Shown: piece after piece, positions 1 through 13,087 of the stretch
How the letters are laid out: the number at the start of each line of letters is the position of its first letter
How positions within the stretch are numbered: position 1 is the first letter of the stretch
Source: Podarcis tiliguerta
Lineage: Eukaryota
Direction: 5' to 3' (one strand)
DNA length: 64,000 nt
Assembly (NCBI GenBank): GCA_965153285.1
Contig: OZ229111.1
Notes under the pieces: generated by a model
Databases searched by the model: none
The model's input: only the letters and a program-made list of their open reading frames with translations
What the model was told of the DNA's origin: nothing
Translations under genes and position numbers: made by a program

Positions 1-1984
1 CTGCTGAGATGGAAATGGTTACCGTAACTCTTGATTATTTAGGCATATTGCTTAACAAGACAAATCTTCTTGCTAATCAACAATTACTTAAGCACCTAGA
101 TACTAGAAGGATCAGAGCATCCTAACCCTTTTACTGTGTAGGCAGCAGCACAGAACTGGCATAAAAAATAATTTGGTTGGCGTTTATTAGAAGCTGAACC
201 TGCTTCAGCTCAAGTTATATTCCCAAAAGTTAGGACAGTTAGTGAAACTGCTAGAACTAAGTCAAAGGCAACATTGTGTGTTGGGGGTAGGCACTCAGTG
301 GTTCTTAGGTAGGCTTGATGTATTTCTGAGCTTACGGCAACAAGATTCATGACATGAAATCTGACATTAAAGTCACATAGAGACTGTAGCTTGAAGAAGG
401 TTAGAAGCAATGGGCAAAATCCTTCCTGAAATATTTTTACGATTTCTAGGCACTATGTCATGCATTGCCCTGCATCTCACTACAATATGGCAAGCAGTGG
501 CATTTCCAGACCACAGTATTATTTTATTACACTGAAGGGCTCAGGTCTGTGTGAGGAGACTTATCAAGACCAGTGGGCCAGTTGGCACAATCCAATTGGA
601 TGTGGCTCATAGACTTCAGTTATCAACCACTTTCTTACTGGGGCTTAGACCAATTAGGTTTATTTTCCTGCGTTACCAAATAAGTGCCTGTGTTAACAAC
701 TCTACAAACATAATCTTTTTCTGCTTCACTGAAAATAACTATAGTGTCAAAGAATACAGTAAGGATTTTGATGTTCTAACTGTCCTCTTGAACTCTTTGG
801 GAGTGATAGAGAAACTTGATTATGTAAGAGGAGCTGTGATTGGACAAGGGAGGTGTTCACGGTGAGTTTTGGCAATTCTTTTTCTAGAAAAATAACATTG
901 GATGAAAGCATTGTGGTTGTGAGGCTCCCAGAAGAGCCACCCACTGCCGGCTCTCAAATTGGATGATTTGACCCCACAATATATAGAGATTTATTTACAA
1001 AGCCTGAGCACTATTTGGCGAGTTATTTGCATAAATGGCACATACTGGCTATCCAGAAAGTGGTTGTTTTTAGAAGTGAGAGATCTAAAATGGTGGGTCA
1101 AGCCTCTACATTGGACTTGGTTGCTATGTCAGGCTGCCTCCAGAACACTGCTGAGGTGGTTAAGGGAATCAGAACACTGAAAGCCATTAAATTCTCAGAA
1201 GGGGTGATTCACAACGAACCGCTGGACTTGAAATCAACTCGAGAGATTGAATGGCTGAAAAAGAAAATCTGGCCTCTGAACAAGAGACAAAATGGCCACC
1301 AGATTAAAAAAAAAACACAACTGCTCTAGGAGCCTCATAAGGAAGACATGCAAAGGTTTAGAAGAAAGGTATTTGGAATAGAGGAACATCTATGCAGTCA
1401 TGTAAAGACGATGGCCATCAGTGCTTGCAACATGATAGTGGGCTCTGAAAGTAAGTTTAAAGTTAACAGATCCAGGATTCTCAGAGGAGATGTGAGAGGT
1501 GGGCACAGTATTGCTACCATATTACTGATCCATATCATTGTATCAGGATGAGTATCTCTACGTAGGGAATACTTAACGTTGGAACCGGAACTCACAGCTG
1601 CCTGTATGTGGAATTTTCTATGCTTCCACATCAGCAGAAAATCTCTCCCCCCCCCCAAAGAATACATTTACAGGGTGAGAATGTACAGCAGGATGCACTG
1701 TAGCATGAATGTGCACATGTTTTGGAACTATGACACCACTGTTTCTACCAAAGGAAGAATTCTGTAAAAATCCATGACTCAAAATGTTCACTCGAGCTGA
1801 TGCCAACTGGGAGGGGAGGCAGCGTATGGTCTGGAGTGTGTGAAGGCTGAGCGGAAGGAAGGGGTGTTGGATGGGAGGGTGTGGGGGGCACAAGTGTGAG
1901 GAATCGCAGTAGGGAGAAGGACTTCCCTCCTGGCCAATTCTACAGCTCATTGAGAAATTTCCTTCTCCAGCATTAATAGACTTG

Positions 1985-2670
1985 GATGGCTTTGAAATTT
2001 TACTGCCCATAAAATCGGCGACACGCTGGGGCTTTTTTCTGTGTTAAACGTTTGCTGCTGCTCCCCACAACCATCTCTTTCCCTTTAACAACTTGCTCCC
2101 TCCAACGCGCACCCCCCCCCCCCGCAAAAATAAAGCCAGCGTGCACACACCACCCAGATTGAAATTGACAAGGGTAGTCCAATCTGATTTTAATTGGCCA
2201 TCTGGAATAATTCCCCTTGCTTGTAGGCTTACTGGATTGGCTGGAGCCAATCCATTGGACCCACAGATTCCATCTCCTAGAATCTTTATCATTCGTCCTC
2301 ACTCCCTTTTTCCTTGATGGCAGTTATGATTTTTGCTCCTGACACTCTTTCATGGAGCAATTGTGTGTGTGAGTATTTTTATGGTTCCTGAACAGAAGGA
2401 AGGGAAGGTTTTATAGGCAGTGGGGCCATAAACCTTTCTGGTTCCCCTCTCCTCACTCCTTCTGTCCTGTCCTCCCCCCTTTTTTAATCTAAAGCTTACA
2501 TTTCCCCCACCCATAGACAAGAAACTAGGGAAGGATAATTGGGTTCTAAACCATTTATTGGCTACCCATGACCCCTGATGACCTTTCGTTTGGGCATTGG
2601 TGGTGGGGAGGGGAAGTTAATGAAGTACCTTGAAGGGAGACTGGGGGTGTGTGACAGTGTGAAATCCACC
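1985..2670. promoter_or_regulatory. Candidate GDF11 intron-1 enhancer (Cdx/posterior-Hox, TCF, T-box, DR4 motif cluster)
   Basis: CTTTGAA 1990; CCATAAAA 2007; TTTTATGG 2377; GCCATAAA 2425; TTTATTGGC 2554; TGACCC-n4-TGACCT 2569-2584; AGTGTGAAA 2656. No recognisable TE. Confidence 0.5.
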
Positions 2671-3430
2671 AAACGCTACTCCCCCCCCCCCCCTTAGTAC
2701 TGCATTCTGACAGCTTGGAGTAAGTCTAACACAACAGTGACTTCAAATCTACTTGCAGGCATCACTACTTTCTGAGTACAGGGATCATTTTCAAAGTGGC
2801 AGTTTTGCTGGAAAATGTAAAGTTGGGATTTTGTAGCAAGAAAGCCAGGGACATAACCTGGTATAACAGGGGACTGGGGACTGTAAGGGATGGGCTGAAT
2901 TGTGACTCCAGACATTTATAAGAAGTTGCTGAATAAGGGAAATATGTCAAAATCAGACCAAAACTGCTGTACTGATATTTTAGGATGGTAAATAAGATAC
3001 CCACATTAGTTACAGGCTGTTTACAAGATAATATAAAAAATTGTATTTCAGTGCTAAGAATGCCTAATAGCATTTTGAGTGTGTGCAAATATGTACCAAA
3101 TTATTCCAGGTTAGTGGTGCAGCAGCATATAATGTTTTGAATTGGATTTACATGGAGTTCCTGCCCAGGTTGCACTGAAATCAATGGAGTTGTAAAGTAC
3201 CATTACCTAATTTCCCCCCAGAATGGATGTAACTATATTGTGGTTTCATTATTACTGCTAGTGTAATTCTAAGGGTGGTCTTAAATATCAATATTTAAGG
3301 TAGTTATTCCCTTTTCACTAATGAAACACAGGAGATCAGAGAGCTGTGGAAATGCTCTCGAATGCAGCACCACTAGTAACAGTTAATTAGGAATTACAAT
3401 AGCCTTCACCGGTAACTGGAAGAATTAGAA

Positions 3431-3566
3431 CAGGCTTCCTCATCCTCGGCCTTCCAGATGTTTTTGGCCTACAACTCCCATGATCCCTAGCTAGCAGGAC
3501 CAGTGGTCAGGGATGATGGGAATTGTAGTCTCAAAACATCTGGGGGGCCGAGGTTGAGGAAGCCTG
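3431..3566. mobile_element. hAT-type MITE (palindromic, ~136 bp)
   Basis: TIRs caggcttcctca...tgaggaagcctg; 8-bp TSD aattagaa/cattagaa; core ctacaactcccatgatccc. Confidence 0.85.
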
Positions 3567-3613
3567 CATTAGAAGAATTGGCAGCAGTTGATACCACTAG
3601 AATACTAGCAGTA

Positions 3614-3814
3614 CAGTGGTACCTCGGGTTACAGACGCTTCAGGTTACAGACTCTGCTAACCCAGAAATAGTACCTCGGATTAAGAACTTTACCTCAGGA
3701 TGAGAACGGAAATCGCGCGCTGGCAGCAGCGGGAGGCCCAATTAGCTAAAGAGATACCTCAGGTTAAGAACAGACCTCCGGAATGAATGAAGTTCTTAAC
3801 CTGAGGTACAACTA
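3614..3814. mobile_element. Tc1/mariner(pogo)-type MITE
   Basis: TA|CAGTGGTACCTC left TIR and degenerate right TIR gaggtacaacta. Same family as the copies at 5052, 14270 and 63092. Confidence 0.85.
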
Positions 3815-4475
3815 TATTACAATGACTCCACAACAGTTGCATATATTAAGCTGATTAGTGCAGTCCAGATCACTCAGTTACTCTAGTCTAGTGTATGGTA
3901 GACTATATCAGTGACTATCCATTAAGAAATGACTGTATAGGATTTTACAAGTATGTGTGTCATGTCAGCAAGGTGACTATGGCTTCCTAGTGTGTTGCTG
4001 TAGCAGCAAGTACTACCTCATCCTTGGATGACCACCTGGGCAGCAGTGGGTAGGGCTTGATTACCTGTTAATTTGAGTAATTGACAGAGTAGGGCCCCCG
4101 AACTCTTTCTGTGGTGAAAATTCATGGATGTTTTCCATGACGGAACCTGAAGTATGCCCATTCTTCCGTCTCAAAGCATAGTAATTGATCATCCGTCAGA
4201 AAAAAAGAGAGTGGTGGTAATGTTCCCATCTATAGAGAAATTAATAATATGGGAATTAATAATATGGGAATTTTTAGTGTGAAAAGCAGGACATTGTAGA
4301 ATAATTCAGAAGCAGGACAGGACGGATCAGGAAGTGAGAGGCTTTGTGTGTTTTGAATGCTCTCAAAGGTGAACACATGGTTCATTAAGGGTTAAAGATA
4401 CGTGAAGCCTCATAATATGTTTTAAAAGAGACACCCTGTATTCTTAACCTGATTCTGGAGGCAATGAATGTACCA

Positions 4476-4477
<2 letters not shown>

Positions 4478-4523
<46 letters not shown>
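4478..4523. repeat. (TA)n microsatellite
   Basis: About 22 perfect TA units. Confidence 0.98.
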
Positions 4524-4527
<4 letters not shown>

Positions 4528-5051
4528 ACCCAATAACCCTGCCATTTAGATATGTGGCGCTGGGACTTAAATATTCTAAATATTGATTTAACTCAGTGCA
4601 GCAGGACCAGTGCTTTAAAATTATGCTGGGTACCTAAGAACTGGACAAAGAATACATTTTCATAGCATACATAGAACTAAGAGATTCCAATAAATTCTTA
4701 GAACTGCGTTTCCTATTCAGATACTTAGAACAATGCTACAGAGAGAGAGAAGGTGATTAGCGGGAATGATTAGCAATAGAACCTAAAGTAAGCTGGAAGG
4801 ATATGTTAAGTTCTATCTATTTAGCTACCAAGGAAAGTTTAAATATATAAGGAGGAGGAAAAATAGAAACCAACCACTGAATCAAAATGAACTCCACTTA
4901 AAAACAACAGAAGGAACCAGCCAGTGGAACAGAATGCCTGTAGAGGAGGCAATTTCTTCATTGGAAATAAGGACCATTGCTAGGGTTCGTAGAATTCAGA
5001 GTGTGCATGTTAGGATGATTAGACTTGAAGATCTCTGTGGAAATTATTGTA

Positions 5052-5259
5052 CAGTGGTACCTCGGGTTACATACGCTTCAGGTTACAGACTCTGCTAACC
5101 CAGAAATAGTGCTTCAGGTTAAGAACTTTACTTCAGGATGAGAACAGAAATTGTGCAGCAGGAGGCCCCATTAGCTAAAGTGGTGCTTCAGGTTAAGAAC
5201 AGTTTCAGATTAAGTACGGACCTCCAGAACAAATTAATACTTAATCCGAGGTACCACTG
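5052..5259. mobile_element. Tc1/mariner-type MITE
   Basis: TIR CAGTGGTACCTC...GAGGTACCACTG flanked by TA TSD. Confidence 0.92.
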
Positions 5260-5789
5260 TATATTCAATCTCGCCTCATTTGTGCAGCAGCAGAAACAAG
5301 ATGTGGGGCTCTATAGTGATCCTGTTTGCCTCTTGTAGCCCATCTCTGATTGGTAGAGACCATATATATGACCAGGATGCTGAAAATTATAATATTCTCC
5401 AGTGTTTCCACTCACAGAGCAGCCAGACTCTATAGAAGTGCTCCCTGCTCTGGTACTGAAACTTTAAAACAAAGAACAGATTATAATACTTAAAATAATA
5501 AATTTAATAATACAAGCTTCAAATTGCCTGTGAATAGTAGGAATGGATAAATGAAACCTTATAAAAAAGTTTTTGTCCATGGAAGCATGGTGTTCAATGG
5601 TTTCCATTGCTCTGGCTGTGGCATGTGTATTTTGGGAAAGAGTGAAGAAGAGGTTGGAAAAGAAATGTGTATATCGTAAGAGCAGTAGCTAGTCATGTTC
5701 AGCAACAAAGCTCTAAATGGGGGCCCAGGATACATAGAGGACACAGGAAGTGTTAAGAAGTCTCTTCTTTTCCACATCCCAATTGATTA

Positions 5790-6145
5790 CGGCGGGAGGC
5801 ACGACTGGTAGGGATGCAGAAGAGGCCCTTTTGTGGTTACATCCAGATTAGGGAATTTTGTCTTGGAAGGTTCATTTGGGCCCCTTTTTCTCGGCTTTTT
5901 GCCACCTAGTTAAGATGTTTTTATTCTGGCACGCATTTGATTTGGTGAGTTAATGATTCTTAATAGGCTGATATTTTGTCTTAAATTGTTTTCCTTTGCA
6001 GTGCCTGTCTTATCCACCTCTTTAATCTGTTGGATCAGAGGTTTTATAAATTAATTTTCATAGCTGTTATCAACTTCAATGTTAACAACTCTGAATACTG
6101 TATTACAATGGAAGGATGGGGTCTAAATTTACCGAAATAAAACAA
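5790..6145 (+). mobile_element. Degenerate L2-clade LINE 3' fragment
   Basis: Weak similarity to the L2 3' ends at 12350 and 58883 (gaggccctttt.gtggt...; T-rich UTR; ends ...aaataaa). Confidence 0.45.
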
Positions 6146-7589
6146 CAAACAGGTGCTTCTCATCTAATAAGTAGCTGCAAGAGACATAAACATTTTCTTC
6201 TCATTTTCTGTCTGTAAAGCAGTCAGTGTCTGAGTGCTTGCAGGATCAGGTCACAACATTTAAACAGACTGCAGGTCTCTGAAAAAGGAGTGGATGGGGT
6301 GGAGACCACATTCCAAATGAGAGACAATTCTACAGTCCCACTTGGAGTGAGTTGAGTAAGAAAGTTTTCATAAATGACTAAAAATAGGTGAAGGTTATTA
6401 TGAACTTGGATGTAATGAAGGCATGGAGAAAAGTGAAAAGAAGCAGCGCAACCAGTTCTGACTGTTTACCCATAGTGGAAAGTAGCACTGCCCTATTGCA
6501 TAATCTTTCCCCTCTCTTCCCTATTGGCAGGTGGGGAATGGCTACTGTCAGGGCACAGAACCATGGACAGCGCCCTGGTAAATTTTGGGTGGGGCACATT
6601 AATTGCCAATGAGAAGACAGAAAAGATGAACCACTGGAACAGAGAGTGGCTTTATGTTAGCTATTGACTTACGCTCACAGACAAGTTTGACTTAACTGGA
6701 GGCTTCCACAGAACAAACAGAATTTCACATCCAACTTGGGGGACCTGGACATAATAAGCCAGCATGCCTTTGCTTTGAAGGCTAGATGGTGTGCTTTCCC
6801 AGCCCCAATCTCATAATTGCCCTTTCCACCTTCGTCTGCGCAACGTCTGCGATTGTGCGGAGGGCTTTGCATAGCTAGGCCGAAAACCCTGAGAGGAGGG
6901 GGAGAGGTTTTCTGTCACTTTAAGAACTGGCAGAGACTGGGGTAGAGAGAGGAGTTCCCAAGGGAGCACAGCATTAATTTGGGACTTGTGCACAGCAAAT
7001 TGCCTTGGGCATTTGTTAGCAGAAGCCTTTGCTCCTGGTTGGCTGCGCAGGGTGAGGCAGCCACTCCGTGTCATGACCTTGGCGTGTTAGCAGGGCCTGC
7101 AGTTCATGGCACATGCAGCTGGGGGTGATTAAACGGAGCGGGGTGCACCAGGCAGGGGCAAAGGGGCACTCCTAGCTCAATGTAACCCAGATGTCTGTGA
7201 ACAGAGAGGAGTGGGAGGGGGTTGGCCACTGGGAACTGCTGGCTGGAGCTGGGAAGAGGGGGAAGTGCCTCCTCCTCGCACCCCTTAGCCTATGTGAATG
7301 GCAAAACGACTCTCTCCCAATCCCCAGTTTGCCTGTTTAGATGGCGATCATCCTCTATTATTCTTTCTAGCCATTCTTTCTGAGTGGAGGGTAGGCGAGA
7401 TCTTTGCTATGTGTATTCCCCACTCCACCCCTGAGCTTCGCTGCTTGACTTGCGACATACGTATTGGTTTGCTTGTTGTAGGAATTCAACAGAAGTGTCA
7501 ATTCAATTCTTTATGTAGTGAGGGAATTATCCTATCTGAGGCACTGACTTCTGCAGGAGTGGCCTGTGTATTGCACTAACCCTATATAG

Positions 7590-7833
7590 CATGGGTAGGC
7601 AAACTAAGGCACGGGGGGCCGGATCCGGCCCAATCGCCTTCTAAATCCAGCCCGCAGTTAGTATGGAAATCAGTGTGTTTTTACATGAGTAGAATGTGTC
7701 CTTTTATTTAAAATGCATCTCGGGGTGATTTGTGGGGCATAGGAATTTGTTCATTCCCCCCCCCCAATATATAATCTGGCCCCCCACAAGGTCTGAGGGA
7801 CAGTGGACTGGCCCCCTGCTGAAAAAGTTTGCT
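7590..7833. mobile_element. hAT-type non-autonomous element (same family as 51815-52129, opposite orientation)
   Basis: Starts catgggtaggcaaact; TSD ctatatag at 7582-7589 and 7832-7839; right TIR clipped. Confidence 0.88.
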
Positions 7834-8155
7834 ATATAGGGTATTACAGATGCATGTACGCCAGTGTATAACATCTATGTATATCTTACTACTCTTGTAA
7901 AGCTCAGGGCAGCTTATATGATAACAGATGACATTGTACCTGCCCAGACAGAGTATGTATATTCTCTTTCCCCAAGAGCAAGTTTGGTCCTCCACACTTT
8001 TCCAAGCAGTAGAGTGTTCTGGCACTGCTTCAAAGCAGGTAAGGTGGCTCTCCAGGTCTCTTTCTTTGGTGTTTGGAACGTGCCTCAGGCTTGGTTTGTT
8101 TTGCCTGACTGAAGTGTATCACTGAACTCTAATAATGCCTCTTGTTTGCCTAGAC

Positions 8156-8285
8156 CAGGGTTTCCCAAAGTTGGGTCTCCAGTTGTTTTTGGACTACAAC
8201 TCCCATCATCCCTAGCTAGCAGGACCAGGGAATGATGGGAATTGTAGTCCAAAAACAGCTGGAGACCCAACTTTGGGAAACCCTG
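8156..8285. mobile_element. hAT-type MITE
   Basis: Near-perfect palindrome cagggtttcccaaagttgggtctccag...ctggagacccaactttgggaaaccctg; nnCTAGAn target site on both sides. Confidence 0.88.
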
Positions 8286-9399
8286 GTCTAGATAGAAGGA
8301 AGTGAGGGGGATGTGAGTGTATGCATAAATTAGTTTACTCTACAAAGGCATTATTTTCTTTGTTGCTCCACCTACTGTTTTCACTGGCCTCATCTGCCCC
8401 TGGTATGTGACCCTTGGGCTGAAAACGTTTTCCAACCCCTACTTTAAAGCACCATCATTTCTCCTAAAAGACAAATGTGATTCCCTTAAAAGTTCCTTCT
8501 TCTCAGACTTGTAATCTGCCTATGCTCAAATCTGCTAAACTATTGTTCCAGTTCATTCCCAAATAAGTAGGGTGTGCTTAGTAGAAGCACCAGCCACCAT
8601 CGCTCAAGCACTGAGTGAAGCCATCACTATCAACTGAAGAAGCATGTTTAACGTTTAGCTAAAGCATAGAGAAACGATCGCTTCCTATTTTGTATAGCTG
8701 TTTTGTAAGGAACCATTCAGCTATATTCATAAATAAGCTTTTTAAAGGTGAAAGATTCCTCTCTCACAGTAAATTCCATCTTCTGCCTATTATTTGAGCT
8801 ACCCTTCTCTGATTTGACTGTGTGCTACCTCTTATTCTGTTGCCTGTTCTCTTGAATGTTTGTGTGTATTTGTGCTGCTCCCCCAAATACACACATGTTG
8901 AACTGGGTAAGGGAAATGCTATCTGCTGTCAATACTGTACCTGGCCTGTTCATTCATCATGTACAGGAACATCTATTGCATGTGCTGCTTTTGGGGAGGT
9001 CTCTGCATCTCACCAGTTCACTTTTTATCTATTCATATTGAAGTTTGGGTGAGTGATTTGTCTCTATCCTAGCTTAATCTGCAATGACGCGTGCTTAGAA
9101 ATAAACCTGGTTAACTTTCAAAAAGTGCTGCCAGATTGGCACTTTCCTTCTCCACTTACTCTAGAATAAACGGAAGCTTTCCCTACTACAGCAGGCAGGA
9201 GATGTGGGCAAAGGAGACTGGCAGAGCAACTCTCCTGTTGCACTCAAACTTTTAAAGACAGGATCTGGCAACCCTATGTTTGCTGATAAACCTGGTTCTT
9301 CTCAAATGTCCAATTCTGTCTCAGAGGTAGGCGGTTGAAAGGAAAGCCGAATGTGCTTTGTGATAAAACTACCTAGGACTATGGACGAAAGGACGGGCG

Positions 9400-10460
9400 G
9401 AAAGTTTAAGTTTAACAGGAGCAATCACAACATGTCATTGCAAGGGGGAAAGGAGTGTGGGTTGCAGTGGACTGGATGAGTGACTAGATTAGAACAGACA
9501 AACTAAAGAGGAGAGGAAACTCTTGACTATCAACGGAATGGACTATAGGCCATAGACGACAACAGCTAAACCATCTGATAACCATTATATAAACGTTGAC
9601 GTTCTGAAAATAGGGATGTGCCAAAATGGGAAAGGACATGCCAGTGCTGAAGACTTAAGAGTGTTCAAAGGGAGGAAACTGTAAAAGTACCTTCAGAGCT
9701 GACTGTGCTGAAGGCATCCGCATAACACCATAGCATAATGAAAGCAATCTCCAAATCACAAAAGGCAATGAAATAACACTGTCAATATAGCAAAGCTTCT
9801 CATGGATCAATCACTAATAATAGATTCAGAAACAGCAAGGAAAAATACAAATTTATATTCCACAAATAGCAAGGTGCTCCAAGAATCTGTGCTGGGACCA
9901 AAGTTTGTTAAAGAAATCCAGGATTATTTGATTACTGGAGGGTAGAAGTGATCAGTATCGGGACTGAAATAATACCCTGCTGTCTTATAAGCCTTGTTTA
10001 AGCATTCAGATGTGGCATTCATTAGAGACATGGGGTGGTATTCAACTAAGTGCTAGTGCAATTGAGACCCGACCCCCCCCCCCCACTCCATCCCCAAATC
10101 TGCTCCAGAAGGTTGGGGAAACACTTAGAACAGATTTAGGTGGCACATAGGGGGAGGAAAGGAGAACATTCTGTTACACGAAAAATCCTTTTATTGGTGA
10201 ACCTAGTGACTCAGGACTGTATTGACTACATCCTATGATATGGGACCAGTTGTCCTTTTTTTGTATGACTTGTTTAGGACAAGCAACAAAGTATTACTAT
10301 GGATAGACATGGACCGATAATGTGTATAGATCTGGATGAATTTTCTGAGTGTTGGGTTAAGTAACACGTGAGTCTTATGCTAGAGTTAGACCTCATTTTA
10401 GAGGCCACATAATTGTGGCCCATTGGACACACAATTTCTCTGCCTTCATCCCAAGGATAA
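9400..10460 (+). mobile_element. Highly decayed CR1-like LINE remnant
   Basis: agcaaggtgctccaagaatctgtgctgggacca (~9868-9900) translates SKVLQESVLGP, resembling the RT motif SGVPQGSVLGP. Purine-rich. Boundaries approximate. Confidence 0.4.
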
Positions 10461-11258
10461 GAAGCACCATTCACTGGGTCAGATCAGTTGTGCATCCAAG
10501 TTAACATTTTTGTCTTCCGTCAGTGACTCACCAGATTCATGGAAAAGCTTATTAGCAGGCAGCAGTAGTGAAATTCACCCCAGCAGCTAGCCGCTAGAGA
10601 GACACTATGGCTAACATGGGTCCTGAAATTCTTGCTAGCGTGGCTAGCAGTCACTACTGGGCCCATTTATATTATCTAGTTCTTATATAATTCCATCTAT
10701 AGACATACACACAAGTCAAAGACAGGCTGTCTTCTTTCCAGTCTCTTGCCCTGTTACACATTGCGTTACTGAAGCGGACAGAGGACTGGGTATATAGACG
10801 CACACTATTATGACTGCTGTCCTTGGCTCAGCACTGAAATAGTTCTGATAGTCTGGAATAGGAACCATCTCTTTTTACTGGAGCCCATACACAGTCTCTA
10901 TTTTGAAAGAATCTAACAATTCATACACTACTCATTTTATGTTTGAAGGATGAAAATATTGAAGAAGCAGGTTATCTAACATCAATTAAACACTCCCTCA
11001 ACATCAGACTACCAATTTACCCATCGAGGAAAATGAAGGAATAAAAAGGGACGTGTTGCAGTGGTGCCTAAGCTTCAGTAGGAGAAAGGCGGTTTCTAAA
11101 TGACAATCTGGTTTCTCATTCTTCCAGCTGAGCTTGGAGTTAACCAAAACACTATAGTGTGCTAAAATGGGTACAATGAAATCAGAAGAAAGGTTGGGAC
11201 TAAAAAACAACCCACACTCACACAAAAAAGGTACAGGAATCAGACTGTGTTCAAATAA

Positions 11259-11599
11259 GTAAAGGTAAAGATAAAGGTACCCCTGACCATAAGCTCCTGT
11301 CGTGACCGACTCTGGGGTTGCAGCACTCATCTCACTTTATTGGTTGAGGGAGCCAGCGTACAGCTTCCGGGTCATGTGGCCAGCATGACTAAGCCGCTTC
11401 TGGCGAACCAAAGCAGCACATGGAAACACCTTTACCTTCCCAACGGAGCGGTACCTATTTATCTACTTGCACTTTGATGTGCTTTTGAACTGCTAGGTTG
11501 GCAAGAGCAGGGACAGAGCAATGGGAGCTCACCCCATCGCAGGGATTCAAACCGCCAACCTTCTGATCGGCAAGCCCTAGGCTCTGTGGTTGAACCCAC
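11259..11599 (-). mobile_element. Sauria SINE (slightly 5'-truncated)
   Basis: Reverse complement of the Sauria SINE body with an (ACCTTT)n-type tail; homologous to the 30851 and 38590 copies. Confidence 0.92.
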
Positions 11600-11859
11600 T
11601 TAACTCCTTAGCATCGTTAACTATGCTAAGGATTATGTGATAGTCCTGATAGCTGCCCTGTGTATTCTTTTGCAGGATACTGTAGAATGCAGAACCCAAA
11701 AGGCTGCAGCATCTCTAGTGAAATGAAACACGATCCCTTTAGAAGGCAAAATACACAAAACCTTGTATATTTCTTGGATTCAAGGTTTACTCTACTTTGC
11801 ATCGGAAGCTAGATAAGCTTTTAAACTATTGGTCATTCATGTAAGTCAGTCAGTCAGTT

Positions 11860-11970
11860 AGTGTAAACAAATGTAAGGTGATGCATATTAGCACAAGAAA
11901 TCTTAATTTCAAATATGCCCTCATGGGGGTCTTAGCTGACCAGGAGAGAGACCTTGGGGTCATAGCAGAT
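11860..11970 (+). mobile_element. CR1 LINE ORF2 fragment
   Basis: KCKVMHISTRNLNFKYALMG..DQERDLGVIAD, the typical CR1 RT C-terminal motif. Confidence 0.75.
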
Positions 11971-12349
11971 GTCTCTTGCTGTGCTGTGACACTGCACCTG
12001 TTTGGTGAGGAGAGGAGAGGGACTGGGAGCTGGTCACCCCTCTCCATTGTGCCTATGACTGCCACGGTGAGTGAGCCACTAAAGGAAGGCAGGCAAATGC
12101 AGTGACGCAGAGAGGTTCCGCTGGCTAGCAGCAGTACTGAGGCTAAAAGGTGAGGGGAATCCTGCAAGGCAGCCCCCATGCCTGAGCCGTATTAGCCCTG
12201 AGGGGCCTGACTCAGAAAGGAGTGCAAATTCTGGCCAGTTGGGCCAAAGCCCTAAGCAGTTAGTTTGAAATGGTTGTTTTATATTTTATTATTTGCTTGT
12301 ATAAGCTGCTTTGTGAGGGCTGGCCCTTAACAGGTGACCTATATCATCC

Positions 12350-12668
12350 GAGGCCCTTCTTGCTGTGCGCCACCCACAGGAGGGTGACAACACGAGAACG
12401 GGCCATCTCTGTAGTGGCTCCCCATTTGTGGAATGCTCTCCCCAGGGAGGTTCGCCAGGCGCCTTCATTATATATTTTTAGGTGCCAGGCAAAAACGTTC
12501 CTCTTTAACCAAACCTTTGGCCGATTAATATTCTATAGGCTTTTAAATGTGTATGTGGGAGAGAGGGGGTTATTGTTTGCTGTTTTGTTTTACTTATTTA
12601 CTTGTTTTTATCATGTTATTCTGTAAAATGCCTTGAGATCTTATAACGAAGGGAGCTGTAGAAATCTA

Positions 12669-12728
<60 letters not shown>

Positions 12729-12740
12729 AAGAAGAAGAAG
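12350..12740 (+). mobile_element. L2-clade LINE 3' end with (AAT)n(AAG)n tail
   Basis: RAISVVAPHLWNALPREVRQAPSLYIFRCQAKTFLF (L2-type ORF2 C-terminus), T-rich UTR, compound microsatellite tail 12668-12740. Confidence 0.85.
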
Positions 12741-13087
12741 CCGCCATATCAGTCATGGGCTGAGTGAGTGGTGGGCTGACTATTGAAGGATTTCAATTTT
12801 GTGATAAGGAATTGTTTGATCAGGGCAAGCATTTCAGTTTGCCAGAGAACAATCTCCTCTCCTTGCTGTTTTAGGGGTGCTCCTGACTCTGCAAGCCATT
12901 TTTAGGAGGGGGGGCGGCATGGGAAAGAAAGCCCCATTGTGCAAATGGAAGTCCTTACATAGGACTTCTGCTGACGGGGTTCATCAGTTGAATGCCACCC
13001 TATGAAAACAGTAAAGAGGTAGAAGAAAAATCTGGTTCCAAAATGAAGCCTTAGACTTAGGAGTGGACATTTATTTAAAAAGTACTG

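Noticed and set aside
950-1590. RTE/BovB LINE remnant
   Set aside because: There is only a faint resemblance (HNEPLDLKSTREIEWL), too weak to call without a search.
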